From the NCBI GenBank assembly GCA_963754315.1, contig CAVWFS010000005.1:190384-254383 (forward strand): 64,000 nucleotides of DNA, in the 5' to 3' direction. The DNA is from an uncultured Candidatus Rokubacteria bacterium. Lineage in GTDB: Bacteria > Methylomirabilota > Methylomirabilia > Rokubacteriales > CSP1-6. Under the pieces are notes generated by a model, which searched no databases, had not been told where the DNA came from, and was given only the letters and a program-made list of their open reading frames with translations. Both the position numbers and the translations under genes were made by a program. Shown one piece after another: positions 1 through 9,875 of this stretch (the stretch's first letter is position 1; each line of letters begins with the position of its first letter).

Positions 1-218
1 CGACGCGAGTTCCTGGCCACCGGCGCCGGTGCCCTTGCCGGCGTCGGCGTGGCCGGGGTACATCGACGCCACCCTGGAGGGGGTTGGTAAGGTCAACGGG
101 CCGTTGCCGGCGTGCCGACCGGGATCTACGTCGCAGTCTGGGACGGCGCCCTCAAGAACTACGGCCCCAATCTAGGCTTCGACTACGGCGGCCGCCTCGT
201 GGCCGCCTGGCTCGATCG

Positions 219-1151
219 TTAGGAATCGTCGCTCGCGGACAGCGGCCCTTTCGAAGGCTCACGAGCGCCCCCGCCCGCCGCGGCATCCTCGCAGGGGTTG
301 CCCACGCCGCCTACGATTCGGTGAGCGCCTGTATAGATGTTGAAGCCCCCGTTGCGCACGAAACCCACCAGGGTCATGTTTGCCGCCTGCGCCGTCTGCA
401 CGGCCATGCTGGAAGGAGCGGAGACCGCCGCCACCAGGGGAATTCGCGCAACCAGCGCTTTCTGCACGATCTCGAAGCTGGCGCGGCCGCTCACGAAGAG
501 GAGATGCCGGTCCAGCGGTGTCTTGCCGGTCAGCACCATGTGCCCGATGACCTTGTCCACCGCATTGTGGCGACCGATATCTTCGCGGAGCACGATCAGG
601 CGACCGTCGGCGTCGAAGAGCCCGGCCGCATGGAGACCGCCCGTCTTCTCGAAGATCGTCTGGGCCTGGCTCATCAGCGGAACGAGCCGATGAAGCCGCT
701 CGATCGGGATCGTCGTGTCGGACGAAACCGGTGGGAGCGTGGACCGGATCGCGTCGATCATGGCCTTGCCACAGAGCCCGCAGGAGGACGACGTCACGAA
801 GTTCCGCCGCAGCCGTTCCCGGGCGACGCGGGAGTCCCCCTTCAGCAAGACGTTCATCACATTGCCGAGGGTGGGATCGGTATCGGGCCCGCGATACCGC
901 GCGATCACGTCGAGATCCTCGGCGCTGGTGATCACGCCCTCGGCGAGGAGGAAGCCGGCGACGAGCTCCTCGTCGTCTCCCGGAGTGCGCATCGTGACGC
1001 TGAGCGGCAGACCGGCGAGTCGGATCTCGAGCGGTTCCTCGACGGCGACGTAGTCCTGGCACTGGGACGCGTCATGGCCGTCCACCTTGACGATCCAGTA
1101 GCCCACGGCCGGAACACCCCGCGGAATCTCGGACTCCGAGTCCAGAGTCAA
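219..1151 (-). CDS. fdhD: Formate dehydrogenase accessory sulfurtransferase FdhD
   Basis: The last ~295 aa of ORF 219..2030 carry FdhD hallmarks (SSCGLCGK, EDIGRHNAVDK). Start placed at in-frame TTG 1151, preceded by GGGGAG. Lies directly downstream of the FDH genes. Confidence 0.8.
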   Translation of the reverse strand: MTLDSESEIPRGVPAVGYWIVKVDGHDASQCQDYVAVEEPLEIRLAGLPLSVTMRTPGDDEELVAGFLLAEGVITSAEDLDVIARYRGPDTDPTLGNVMNVLLKGDSRVARERLRRNFVTSSSCGLCGKAMIDAIRSTLPPVSSDTTIPIERLHRLVPLMSQAQTIFEKTGGLHAAGLFDADGRLIVLREDIGRHNAVDKVIGHMVLTGKTPLDRHLLFVSGRASFEIVQKALVARIPLVAAVSAPSSMAVQTAQAANMTLVGFVRNGGFNIYTGAHRIVGGVGNPCEDAAAGGGAREPSKGPLSASDDS

Positions 1152-1183
1152 TGGACGCTCCCCACGCGGCGATTTCTCATGGG

Positions 1184-2176
1184 TCAAGCGCCGTCGTCCC
1201 CAGGCGACTCCACGAACGTGAACCCGAAGCGCCCTTTGATGCACAGATGGCCGTGGGTCACCGAGACGTCGGCCGGTGAGGTCACCTTCACGATGCGGTT
1301 GTCTTGCACATGCAGGGTGAGGGTACAGCCCACGCCACAATAGGGGCAGATCGTGTCTGTCGTCCGCTGCTTCGCCTCGTCCCAGACGCCGGCAGCTCGC
1401 ATGTCGTGCTCGCGCTTGAACATGAGGGCGCCCGTTGGGCACACTCCGATGCAGTTGCCGCAATACACACAGGCCGAGTCGGGCAGAGGCACGTCTGCCT
1501 CGGTGGAAATCCTGGTGTCGAAGCCTCGGCCCGCCACGGCGATGGCAAACGTGTTCTGGGCGTCGACGCCGCAGGCTTCGACGCACTTGTAGCAGAGAAT
1601 GCACTTGGTGTAATCGCGGACGTAGAGATCGTTGTCGATCTTCACGGGCTGGGCGACCGTCTCGGCGTGGGTACCATCGGGTGCCTCGTGGTGTCCAGGA
1701 TCGCGCGCGTCGCGCTCGCCCGCGCCCGTGGCCGGTTCCGCGGGCCCGTACCGATCCGGGTGGGCGTCGTAGCGCGCCATCAGGCGATCGATCCCTGGGG
1801 CGGTCGAGAGGTCGACGGAGGACGCCAGCAGCTCGAGGACCATCCGGCGCGATACGCGAACGCGATCGGACTCTGTGAGGATGGTCATCCCGGGCTCCAC
1901 CCGCCGTGAACAGGCAGGAACCAGCACGCGCGAGCCGGCCACCTCGACAACGCACACTCGGCAGACGTTGACCGGCGTCAAGGTCTCCAGAAAGCACAAC
2001 GTGGGGATATCGATGCCTCGTCCACGGCACGCCTCGAGGATCGTCGAACCCTCGGGAACGCTCGCCGGCTGGCCGTCGATGATGACACTGACCGGCGCCG
2101 GGACTGGCCCACGCGGTGCCGCGGGGGGACGGGTGGGCGGAGGGGGTGGGCGGAACCAGATCGGCTCGGGATTCAT
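1184..2176 (-). CDS. FDH alpha subunit, N-terminal iron-sulfur module (2Fe-2S, 2x 4Fe-4S ferredoxin, MopB N-terminal 4Fe-4S motif)
   Basis: Motifs seen: CFLETLTPVNVCRVC, CILCYKCVEAC, CVYCGNCIGVCP, then ICPYCGVGCTLTL...HLCIKGRFGF, which matches the first ~50 aa of FdhF-type catalytic subunits. ATG 2176 overlaps the upstream stop (ATGA). Confidence 0.8.
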   Translation of the reverse strand: MNPEPIWFRPPPPPTRPPAAPRGPVPAPVSVIIDGQPASVPEGSTILEACRGRGIDIPTLCFLETLTPVNVCRVCVVEVAGSRVLVPACSRRVEPGMTILTESDRVRVSRRMVLELLASSVDLSTAPGIDRLMARYDAHPDRYGPAEPATGAGERDARDPGHHEAPDGTHAETVAQPVKIDNDLYVRDYTKCILCYKCVEACGVDAQNTFAIAVAGRGFDTRISTEADVPLPDSACVYCGNCIGVCPTGALMFKREHDMRAAGVWDEAKQRTTDTICPYCGVGCTLTLHVQDNRIVKVTSPADVSVTHGHLCIKGRFGFTFVESPGDDGA

Positions 2177-3927
2177 GTCCGTTGGCCGGCGGCCGAGAGG
2201 CGAAAGATCGCTGACTCCACAGCGCTCGAGGCCGTGTGCCCGAGACCGCAGATGGAGGCGTCGCGCATGACCTGACCGAGATCCTTGAGCAGAGCCAGTT
2301 CTTGAGCGTCTGGACCGAGTGAACGTCGAGCCAGGAGGCGGGCCAGCAGCTCTTCCTGTCGAACCGTACCCACCCGACATGGCACGCACTGGCCGCACGA
2401 TTCGTCGCGGAAGAACTCGGCGATGCGCCGGACGACGTCGAGCAAATCCACCGTCTCGTCGAAGACCATGATCACGCCCGAGCCGAGCGTCGCTCCGATC
2501 GCCCGCGTGCCCTCGAACGTCAGCGCGACGTCGAGGTCGGCCGGTCCAACGAACACGCCGGCCGCCCCGCCCAGGAGCACGGCGCGGATGGGGCCGGCTC
2601 CGGCCAGTTGCAAGAGCTCGCGCAGGGTGATGCCGAACGGGGCCTCGTAGAGACCCGGGCGCGTCACATGACCCGAGACACAGAAGAGCTTCGGGCCGGT
2701 CGAGCCCGCGGTCCCGATGTTGCCGTACGCAAGCCCGCCCTCCCGAAGTAGCGCCGGCACGTTCACGAGCGTTTCGACATTGTTCACGACAGTGGGCCGT
2801 CCGAACAGTCCCACCTCGACGGGGAACGGTGGCTTGTTCCGTGGCTCTCCCCGCTTGCCCTCGATGGAATTGAACAGGGCCGTCTCCTCACCGCATATGT
2901 AGGCGCCCGCTCCCCTGCGTACCTCGATGTCGAACGTGAAGCCTGCGCCCATCACGTCGACGCCCAGCAATCCGGCCGCACGGGCGGCGGCGATGGCTCC
3001 GGCCATGCGCTCGGCGGCCAGCGGGTACTCGCCCCGCAGATAAAGGTAGCCGACCTCGCAGCCGGTCGCATAACCAGCAATGGTCATTCCCTCGACGAGG
3101 CTGAAGGGATCCTCCTCCATGAGGAGCCGATCCTTGAAGGTTCCGGGTTCCGACTCGTCCGCGTTGCACACGAGGTAGTGCGGCCGGGCGGGAGCCTTGG
3201 CCACCGCGTCCCACTTCCGGCCGGTGGGGAAGGCGGCTCCACCGCGGCCGACGAGTTTGGACGCAACGACCTCCTCGATGACCGTGGTCGGCCCAAGCTC
3301 GATCGCCCGTGCGAGCGCGCGGTAACCACCGCTTTCGTTGTAGGCGTTAAGACTCGTGGGATCGACTGTTCCCATCCGGCCCAGCAGCCGGAGGCCGGGC
3401 TGTCCAGCCTGGGGAACAGACTGCGCGACCACACGAAGCCGCGCCGCCGGGGCACCCGCCTCGACACGGACATCCACTGCATCGCCAAGGTTGGCGAGCG
3501 CGTGGAGGATGTCCCCGGCATCCTCCGCCACAGGGGCCACAGTGATCGAACGCGGCGCGGCGCCGGCGGCAGTGACGAGGGCAGCCGGGGCCCGTTCGCA
3601 CTGGCCGAGACACGGGCTTCGCATCCATGAGGCGGCGCCTCCATTGGACGTCCCCGCCGACGGTCCGAGCACCTGCTCCAGGGCTCCGCACAAAGCCTCG
3701 CCGCCTCGAATGCGGCAGGCGATGTCGTCGCACACGTGGACGACGATGGGTGAGCGTGGCTTCGTCGATAGCAGATGGTAGAACGTCACCACTCCCCAGG
3801 CCTCGGCCGGGGGCACCATCAGGCGTTCGCTGATATAGTTCAGCGCCCCGCGGCTCACCCAGCCGATCCTCGCCTGGACGGCGTGAAGAGCAGGGAGCAA
3901 GAGGTCTCGCCTCGAACCATCGGCCAC
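2173..3927 (-). CDS. NuoE-NuoF fusion protein, NAD(H)-binding diaphorase subunit of formate dehydrogenase (FdsG/FdsB-like)
   Basis: N-terminal NuoE 2Fe-2S motifs (VCDDIAC, SPCLGQC). NuoF region with FMN/NAD glycine-rich segments and ESCGQCVPCRVG. GTG start at 3927. Confidence 0.85.
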   Translation of the reverse strand: MADGSRRDLLLPALHAVQARIGWVSRGALNYISERLMVPPAEAWGVVTFYHLLSTKPRSPIVVHVCDDIACRIRGGEALCGALEQVLGPSAGTSNGGAASWMRSPCLGQCERAPAALVTAAGAAPRSITVAPVAEDAGDILHALANLGDAVDVRVEAGAPAARLRVVAQSVPQAGQPGLRLLGRMGTVDPTSLNAYNESGGYRALARAIELGPTTVIEEVVASKLVGRGGAAFPTGRKWDAVAKAPARPHYLVCNADESEPGTFKDRLLMEEDPFSLVEGMTIAGYATGCEVGYLYLRGEYPLAAERMAGAIAAARAAGLLGVDVMGAGFTFDIEVRRGAGAYICGEETALFNSIEGKRGEPRNKPPFPVEVGLFGRPTVVNNVETLVNVPALLREGGLAYGNIGTAGSTGPKLFCVSGHVTRPGLYEAPFGITLRELLQLAGAGPIRAVLLGGAAGVFVGPADLDVALTFEGTRAIGATLGSGVIMVFDETVDLLDVVRRIAEFFRDESCGQCVPCRVGTVRQEELLARLLARRSLGPDAQELALLKDLGQVMRDASICGLGHTASSAVESAIFRLSAAGQRT

Positions 3928-3994
3928 GACAGCATCGATCGCGGCGCGCTCGACAGCGGTGGCGACGGGGCCGACGATCTTGAGATCGATCGGT

Positions 3995-5893
3995 TCAGGT
4001 CTCCAGGCGCTCGATGCGGATCGCGGTGGCCTTGAACTCGGCCGTGCCGGACTTCGGATCGGTAGCGTCGATGGTGAGAAGGTTCGTTGCCACGTGGTCC
4101 TGGAAATGGAGGGTCATGAAGGTCAGCCCGGGCCGCAGACCTTCGTCTCGACGGATGGGGACCTCCACCGCTCCCCGCCGCGAGCGTACCCGCACGACCT
4201 CGCCGTCCCGCAGACCGTAGCGGTCGGCGTCCTCGGGTGACACGTCAAGGCTCTCCCCACGCCGGAGGGGCGACCGATAGGCGGACGTCTGCACACCCGT
4301 ATTGTACTCGTCGAGCCGCCGTCCTGTAGTCAGGCGCAGGGGGAACTCGGCGTCGAGCTTGTCGACCGGAGGATCATGCTCCACGGGTACGAACGCCACC
4401 CGTGGACCCCGCACCGGGCGCTCCCACAGGCGGCTGTGCAGAAATAGCTCGCCTGGATGCTCCTCGTCGTAACACGGCCACTGCAATCCCCCGTGTTTCT
4501 CGAGGCGAGCGTAGCTCATGCCCGCGTGCATCGGCGAGAGCCGGCGCAGCTCGTTCCAGATGCTCTCGGGATCGGGTCTGCCCCAGTCGCGCCCGAGACA
4601 CCGGGCCAGGTCGAAGAGGATGGCCACGTCGTCGCGAGTGCCAGCGGGCCCGTCAAGCGCCTTCCGTACGCGCTGCACACGGCGCTCGCTGTTGGTCACC
4701 GTGCCCTCGGACTCACACCAGGCGGCGCTGGCGGGAAGGACGACGTGCGCCAACTCGGCGGTCTTGGTGAGGAACAGGTCCTGCACGAGCAGAAAGTCGA
4801 GGGACTCTAGGAGATGTCGCGCGTGGTGCTGGTCCGCCTCGGATTGGAGGGGGTTCTCGCCGATGACGTAGAGCGCCCGCAGATCACCGCGCTCCATCGC
4901 CTCGAACATCTGCGATAGGTGCCACCCCTTGACGGGAGGAACGGGAACGCCCCACGCCTGGTCGAACTTCGCGCGGAACTCCGCGTTTTCCACGTGCTGG
5001 AAGCCGGGCAGACGATCCGGGAGCGCGCCCATGTCGCCCCCGCCCTGGACGTTGTTCTGCCCGCGCAGCGGATTGAGCCCCGAGCCGTAGCGGCCGACGT
5101 GACCGGTCAGCAGGGCCAGGTTGACGAGCGCCAGGACGTTGTCGACGGCGTTGTGATGCTCGGTGATGCCGAGTGTCCAGCAGATCATGGCGCGGCCGGC
5201 GCCGGCATACGCGTGGGCCATGGTGCGAATGACGTCCGCCGACACTCCCGTCTCGCCTTCCGCATACGCGAGCGTGTACGGCTCGACAGCGGCCCGGTAC
5301 TCCTCGAATCCCGTGGTGGCATTCTCGATGAACTCGCGATGCTCGAGTCCCGCCGCGATGATCTCGCGGCCCATGGCGTTGGCCAGGGCGATGTCGGAGC
5401 CGACGTCCAATCCCGCCCATGCTTCCGCCCATCGCGCGGAACTGGTGCGGCGCGGGTCGATGGCGAAGAGGCGGGCACCGTGGTGGAGGCCCTTGAGCAT
5501 GTGGTGGAAAAAGATCGGGTGCGTCTCCCGCGCGTTCGAGCCCCACAGGAGAATGACGTCCGTCTCCTCGGCCTCCTGGTACGAGCTCGTGCCCCCGCCC
5601 GCTCCGAATACCGTCGCCAGTCCGGCGACGCTGGGAGCGTGTCACGTGCGGTTGCAACTGTCGATGTTATTGCTGCCGATGATGCTGCGTGCGAACTTCT
5701 GCGCGATGAAGTTCGTTTCGTTCGTGCTTTTCGAGCAGCTGAACAGACCGAAGGCCCGGGGACCATGGCTGGCCACCACCTGCCGCAGTCCCGTGGCGGC
5801 GCGGTCGAGCGCCTCGTCCCATGTGGCCGGGCGGAGCCCGTGGTGCCCCTCGCGAACGAGCGGCTGACTCAGTCTGCGGTAAGTCCGGGACAT
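3995..5893 (-). CDS. fdhA: Selenocysteine-containing formate dehydrogenase catalytic (molybdopterin) subunit, lacking its own N-terminal 4Fe-4S motif
   Basis: ORFs 5642..5983 and 3995..5500 join in one frame across TGA 5642..5644: SNNIDSCNRT-U-HAPSVAGLATVFG, equivalent to the FdhF VDCCARV-U-HGPSVAG site. ATG 5893 is preceded by GAGGAGGAGAG. Confidence 0.85.
5601..5638 (-). promoter_or_regulatory. SECIS-like hairpin immediately 3' of the in-frame UGA
   Basis: On the minus strand: GCUCC..CGUCGCC-GGACU-GGCGACG..GGAGC. Perfect 7-bp upper stem (5612..5630) plus a 5-bp lower stem, starting 3 nt after the UGA. Confidence 0.55.
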
Positions 5894-6107
5894 GCTGCTC
5901 TCCTCCTCTGGGGTCCATGTGGCGTGACCAGGGCTGGCCGAGGCTGCCTGCCCGCGGACATGACGCATGCCACGATTGGACACTACTATGCTCTCTAAGA
6001 TACCGTCAATCCAACGTTCCGTCCCAGCCGTCGACGAACGCCATGCCGCTCAAAGAATACAAGCCGGGGAGCCACCTTCCCCGGCCGCCTGGAGGAGGAT
6101 CCAGACA

Positions 6108-6986
6108 ATGCAGAGAGTTGGCGAGTTCGAAATTCGCCGCGTGGTCGAGAGTGAGGTGCCCTTCATCGAGCCAAACGTGTTCCTGCCGGACTTCACCCCG
6201 GACGCGTTCGAGGCCAACGAGGACTGGTTGCTGCCCCGCTACGCCGACGCCGCCACCGGCAAGCTCATCTTCGCCTTCCAGTCATATCTCGTGCGCACGC
6301 CACGGCACACCATCCTGGTGGATACGTGCGTTGGCAACGACAAGCCGCGGCCGCACCGGCCGAGCTGGCACCTGCAGAACTGGCCGTACCTCGCCGACCT
6401 CGCCCGGGCCGGGGTGAAGCCCGAGCAGGTCGACTTCGTCATGTGCACCCACCTGCACATCGACCACGTCGGCTGGAACACCCGCCTGAAGGACGGGCGC
6501 TGGGTGCCGACCTTCCCCAAGGCCAAATACATCTTCGCGCGCCGGGAATACGAATTCTGGGAGGAGCGTGACCGCTCAGGTACCCAGGGTCCGGTGGTCA
6601 ACGTGTTCGACGACAGCGTGCGGCCCGTGATGGAGGCGGGACAGGTCGAGCTAGTCGGGATGGACTACGAATTCGACAAGGGTCTCTGGTTCGAGCCGGC
6701 CCCCGGCCACACCGCCGGCAACGTGGTGATTCACCTGAAATCCGGCGACGCGGCCGCGGTACTGAGCGGCGACGTCCTCCATCATCCCCTGCAGCTCGTT
6801 CGTCCGGAGTGGTCGAGTCGGGCCTGCGAGGACAAGGCCATGTCCGCCACGACGCGACGGGCGCTGATCGAGCGCTACGCCGATACCGCAACCTTGATGG
6901 CGCCGGCGCACTTTGCCTCGCCCTCCATCGGACGAATCGTCAGCCACCGAGGCGCCTTCGCCTATCGCCTCGCCGAGAATGCTTGA
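6108..6986 (+). CDS. MBL-fold metallo-hydrolase (lactonase-like)
   Basis: HLHIDHVGW (HxHxDH) motif and MBL-like length. ATG 6108 is preceded by GGAGGAGGA. Confidence 0.8.
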   Translation: MQRVGEFEIRRVVESEVPFIEPNVFLPDFTPDAFEANEDWLLPRYADAATGKLIFAFQSYLVRTPRHTILVDTCVGNDKPRPHRPSWHLQNWPYLADLARAGVKPEQVDFVMCTHLHIDHVGWNTRLKDGRWVPTFPKAKYIFARREYEFWEERDRSGTQGPVVNVFDDSVRPVMEAGQVELVGMDYEFDKGLWFEPAPGHTAGNVVIHLKSGDAAAVLSGDVLHHPLQLVRPEWSSRACEDKAMSATTRRALIERYADTATLMAPAHFASPSIGRIVSHRGAFAYRLAENA

Positions 6987-7120
6987 GAGCTCGTGCGTCA
7001 GCGTGGAGGCAGACCTGCCGCCGCGGCGTATGCCTGTTTGATCTCGTTGGCATCGCACGTGCACCTCGAGTGTCCTGAGGCCGCTCTACTTCCCTCAGAC
7101 TTGGGGAGCGTCCCATCGAG

Positions 7121-8599
7121 ATGATCAATCACTGGGACGCACAACCGCCGGAGCGCGCCGAACTGAGGGGCGCTCAGGAACGTAAGAACGATCCACGCCG
7201 ATGGGCGTGGATCGTGGCTGGGTTTCTCGCCGTACAGATCTCCCTCATCGCGCTCGCCGCCAACGGTCCCTTCGTCGACGAAGGTCTCTACACGGTCGCC
7301 GGCCTTCGCGTCCTCGAGGGCAATGGTCTGTCTGATGGGTACGTCAGGTGGTTCAACGGCAGTCCCTTTGTCTGGCCGGTCATGGCGGCGCTGGGTCATC
7401 GCCTCGGGGGCCTCCCCGGGGCCCGCTTGATGGCTACCATTCTTTGCACGATCGCCCTGATCGCCTTCTTCAAGACCGCGGAAACCCTGTTTGGCCAGCC
7501 GACAGCCACGTGGGGAACGCTCGCCCTCGCCACCAACGGTCTGTTCATGGCGCTCGCGCACTTTGCGGTATACGACGTCGCCGCCCTGGCGGGTCTCGGC
7601 ATGTCGATGTGGTGCGTGACTCGCTCGTCGTCGCGTAACGGCGCCATGTGGGCCGTGGCGGCGGCGATCGCCTTTGCCGCCGCCGTCATTGCCAAGTACG
7701 GCACCTTGCTCATGGTCGTCCCACTCCTGGCGCTCATGCTCTCTGTGCGAGGCCTCCGGCCCGGTGGTCGGGTACTGGCGGTCTTCATCCCGGTGGCCGG
7801 GATCATTCTGGCCGCCTATTTCTTCCTGTTCTTCGGATCGCTCGTTCCTGCCTCGTCAGCAGCCTATCTTGAGCAAACGTTTGGCCGGAGTCGCGGGCAC
7901 ATCGCCACGTTGCAGCTGGTCTTCGCCCTGGCGCCTGGAGCGCTGGCGAGCGCTGGCGCCTACCTCGCCTGGCGCAGACGCCAGCGCGGGCTGGCCCTCA
8001 CGTGTCTGCTCGCGCTCGTCGTGTATCCGCTTTTCCATCTGTGGTCTGCGAATTTTGTCAGCGGACAGAAGCACGTCGTCGCTGGATTCCTGTTTGCCTA
8101 TCTGCTGGCCGGCGTCGCGCTGGAACGACTGTGGGTGACGCGGGCCTGGAGGACGCTGGCCGCCGTCCTGGCGGGATTGGCGGTCTGGGGTGGTCTCCAG
8201 TGCTATTGGCAGGATCGCTCGTGGAGCGACAGCCGCCCGCTCGCTCGTCACCTCGCTCTGCATATGAAGCGTGGTGAACGGGTCGTCGCGGAGTCTTCAT
8301 GGAACTACACCCTCTACCTGTACCCGAAGGGGCTCATCGACTCTCCGGCGTCTGTGATCGACGCCAACTACCCATCCCATGGCGATCTGCTCGACGCCTG
8401 CCAGATCCCTTGGATGGTGGGCAATCTGGACAGCGCGGCCATGGTCCGGGCCGCCGTTGAGCGCTGCCGACACGAGAACGTGCTCTCATCGACAACGCAC
8501 CAGTATTACTTCGATTCGACGCGCCTACGCCTTGCCGCCGCCCCCGCGGTCATCGGTCTGTATCGCCTGCCGCAATCGGGGGTCGCCACATCGCCATGA
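7121..8599 (+). CDS. GT-C family (PMT/ArnT-like) polyprenol-phosphate-sugar dependent glycosyltransferase, membrane protein
   Basis: Multi-TM protein with a DE motif in the first loop (GPFVDEGLY). Translationally coupled (ATGA) to a polyprenol-P-mannose synthase gene. Confidence 0.7.
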   Translation: MINHWDAQPPERAELRGAQERKNDPRRWAWIVAGFLAVQISLIALAANGPFVDEGLYTVAGLRVLEGNGLSDGYVRWFNGSPFVWPVMAALGHRLGGLPGARLMATILCTIALIAFFKTAETLFGQPTATWGTLALATNGLFMALAHFAVYDVAALAGLGMSMWCVTRSSSRNGAMWAVAAAIAFAAAVIAKYGTLLMVVPLLALMLSVRGLRPGGRVLAVFIPVAGIILAAYFFLFFGSLVPASSAAYLEQTFGRSRGHIATLQLVFALAPGALASAGAYLAWRRRQRGLALTCLLALVVYPLFHLWSANFVSGQKHVVAGFLFAYLLAGVALERLWVTRAWRTLAAVLAGLAVWGGLQCYWQDRSWSDSRPLARHLALHMKRGERVVAESSWNYTLYLYPKGLIDSPASVIDANYPSHGDLLDACQIPWMVGNLDSAAMVRAAVERCRHENVLSSTTHQYYFDSTRLRLAAAPAVIGLYRLPQSGVATSP

Positions 8600-9372
8600 A
8601 GGCACTGGTCGTCCTTCCGACCTACAACGAGGCGGACAACATCTCCGAAGTGCTTCGGCGCTTACGCACGGCGGCCCCGGCGGCCGACATCCTCGTCGTC
8701 GACGATGCCAGCCCCGACGGCACCGCCGATATCGCGCGGTCAGCGGCAGCCTCACTCGGAGGCATCGACGTTCTGGGGCGGCCTGGCAAGTCAGGCCTGG
8801 GCTCGGCCTATTGCGCGGGGTTCGGCGAAGGCCTCCGGCGTGGGTACCACATACTGGTGGAGATGGACAGCGATCTCTCCCACGACCCGGCCGCTGTCCC
8901 AGCTCTGCTCCGGGCCGTCGAAGGCGGAGCCGACCTGGCCGTAGGATCTCGCTACGTAGGGGGAGGCTCGATCCCCCAGTGGCCACGTTTCCGCCGTGCC
9001 CTCTCGCGCTGGGGCAACCGATATGCACGCATGGCCTTGGCTCTACCGGTGGCCGACGCCACGTCGGGGTTCCGTGCCTACTGGGCGGGCCTCGTGGCCC
9101 GGCTCGATCTCTCGTCCGTGCAGTCTGACGGGTACGGATTCCAAATCGAGATGGTGTACCGGGCAGCCCGAGCGGGGGCCCGAATCGTCGAAGTCCCTAT
9201 CACGTTTCGCGATCGTGAGCACGGCGTGTCCAAGATGTCGTTGCGGATCATCCTCGAAGCCTTCATGCGTGTGACGTCGTGGGCAATGCGCGAATTCCCG
9301 CGCCGCCGCCGCTCCTGGTCCCCCGTCGGGCCGATCATCCCAGGGGTCAAGACACGGCCGAGCACGCCGTGA
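8596..9372 (+). CDS. Polyprenol monophosphomannose synthase (GT2, Ppm1/DPM1-like)
   Basis: VVLPTYNE, VVDDASPDGT, EMDSDLSHDP and GSRY motifs typical of dolichol/polyprenol-P-mannose synthases. Confidence 0.85.
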   Translation: MKALVVLPTYNEADNISEVLRRLRTAAPAADILVVDDASPDGTADIARSAAASLGGIDVLGRPGKSGLGSAYCAGFGEGLRRGYHILVEMDSDLSHDPAAVPALLRAVEGGADLAVGSRYVGGGSIPQWPRFRRALSRWGNRYARMALALPVADATSGFRAYWAGLVARLDLSSVQSDGYGFQIEMVYRAARAGARIVEVPITFRDREHGVSKMSLRIILEAFMRVTSWAMREFPRRRRSWSPVGPIIPGVKTRPSTP

Positions 9373-9440
9373 GCCCAGAGGCGCACGCGACTCGGCTACA
9401 ATTCCTGGGCGCGGGAGTGCCGCATGAAGGAGGGTATCCG

Positions 9441-9833
9441 ATGGTCACCAAGATCGATCACATCGAGCTGGTCGTGCACCGCTTTGACGAGTACGTCGCC
9501 CTGTTCCGGGCGCTCGGCTTTCGAGAGCTGACCAGAACCAAGCACCACGGCGATTCGATCGAGCTTCAACTACCCGGCGAGAATCAGCCGATCTTCGAGA
9601 TACACCGGGTGAGTGGCGAGGAAAACATCGGCGTCAACCACATCGCCTTCCAGGTTCCCGACGTCCAGGCGGCACAGCGCGAGCTGGCCACGCGCGGGAT
9701 CGCGGCCGGTCTCGAGCCACGGTTCGTGCCCTCGACCGGGCGAACGAATCTCAACTTCCGAGACCCGGATGGCTGGCGACTTCAACTCGTCGACGCCACC
9801 CGCGCCACCCCGGATCCGCAGGCGACACACTGA
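9441..9833 (+). CDS. VOC family (glyoxalase/bleomycin-resistance/dioxygenase) protein
   Basis: IDHIELVV and NHIAFQVPD VOC signatures. ATG 9441 is preceded by GAAGGAGGG. Confidence 0.8.
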   Translation: MVTKIDHIELVVHRFDEYVALFRALGFRELTRTKHHGDSIELQLPGENQPIFEIHRVSGEENIGVNHIAFQVPDVQAAQRELATRGIAAGLEPRFVPSTGRTNLNFRDPDGWRLQLVDATRATPDPQATH

Positions 9834-9875
9834 GGGCCTTGCCGCGTCCCGGTCCGCAACTCGTCCTCCGCAGGA

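Noticed and set aside
1-222. Possible small Tat-signal protein at the left edge (RREFLATGAGALAGVGVAG..., later ..GIYVAVWDGALKNYGPNLGFDYGGRLVAAWLDR)
   Set aside because: Joining the pieces would need two frame changes within ~100 nt. The N-terminus lies outside the window and I recognise no family, so there is too little evidence to call a gene.
84-1343. Long alternative-frame and antisense ORFs in the track (for example 84..1343 +, 10125..11399 -, 16282..17784 +, 37115..38824 +, 40426..41781 +, 49641..51335 +, 58046..60613 +, 60756..63794 +, 60643..63294 -)
   Set aside because: They are Arg/Pro/Gly/Ala-rich translations typical of open frames in high-GC DNA. Each overlaps a gene on another frame or strand that carries clear family motifs, and none has recognisable motifs of its own.
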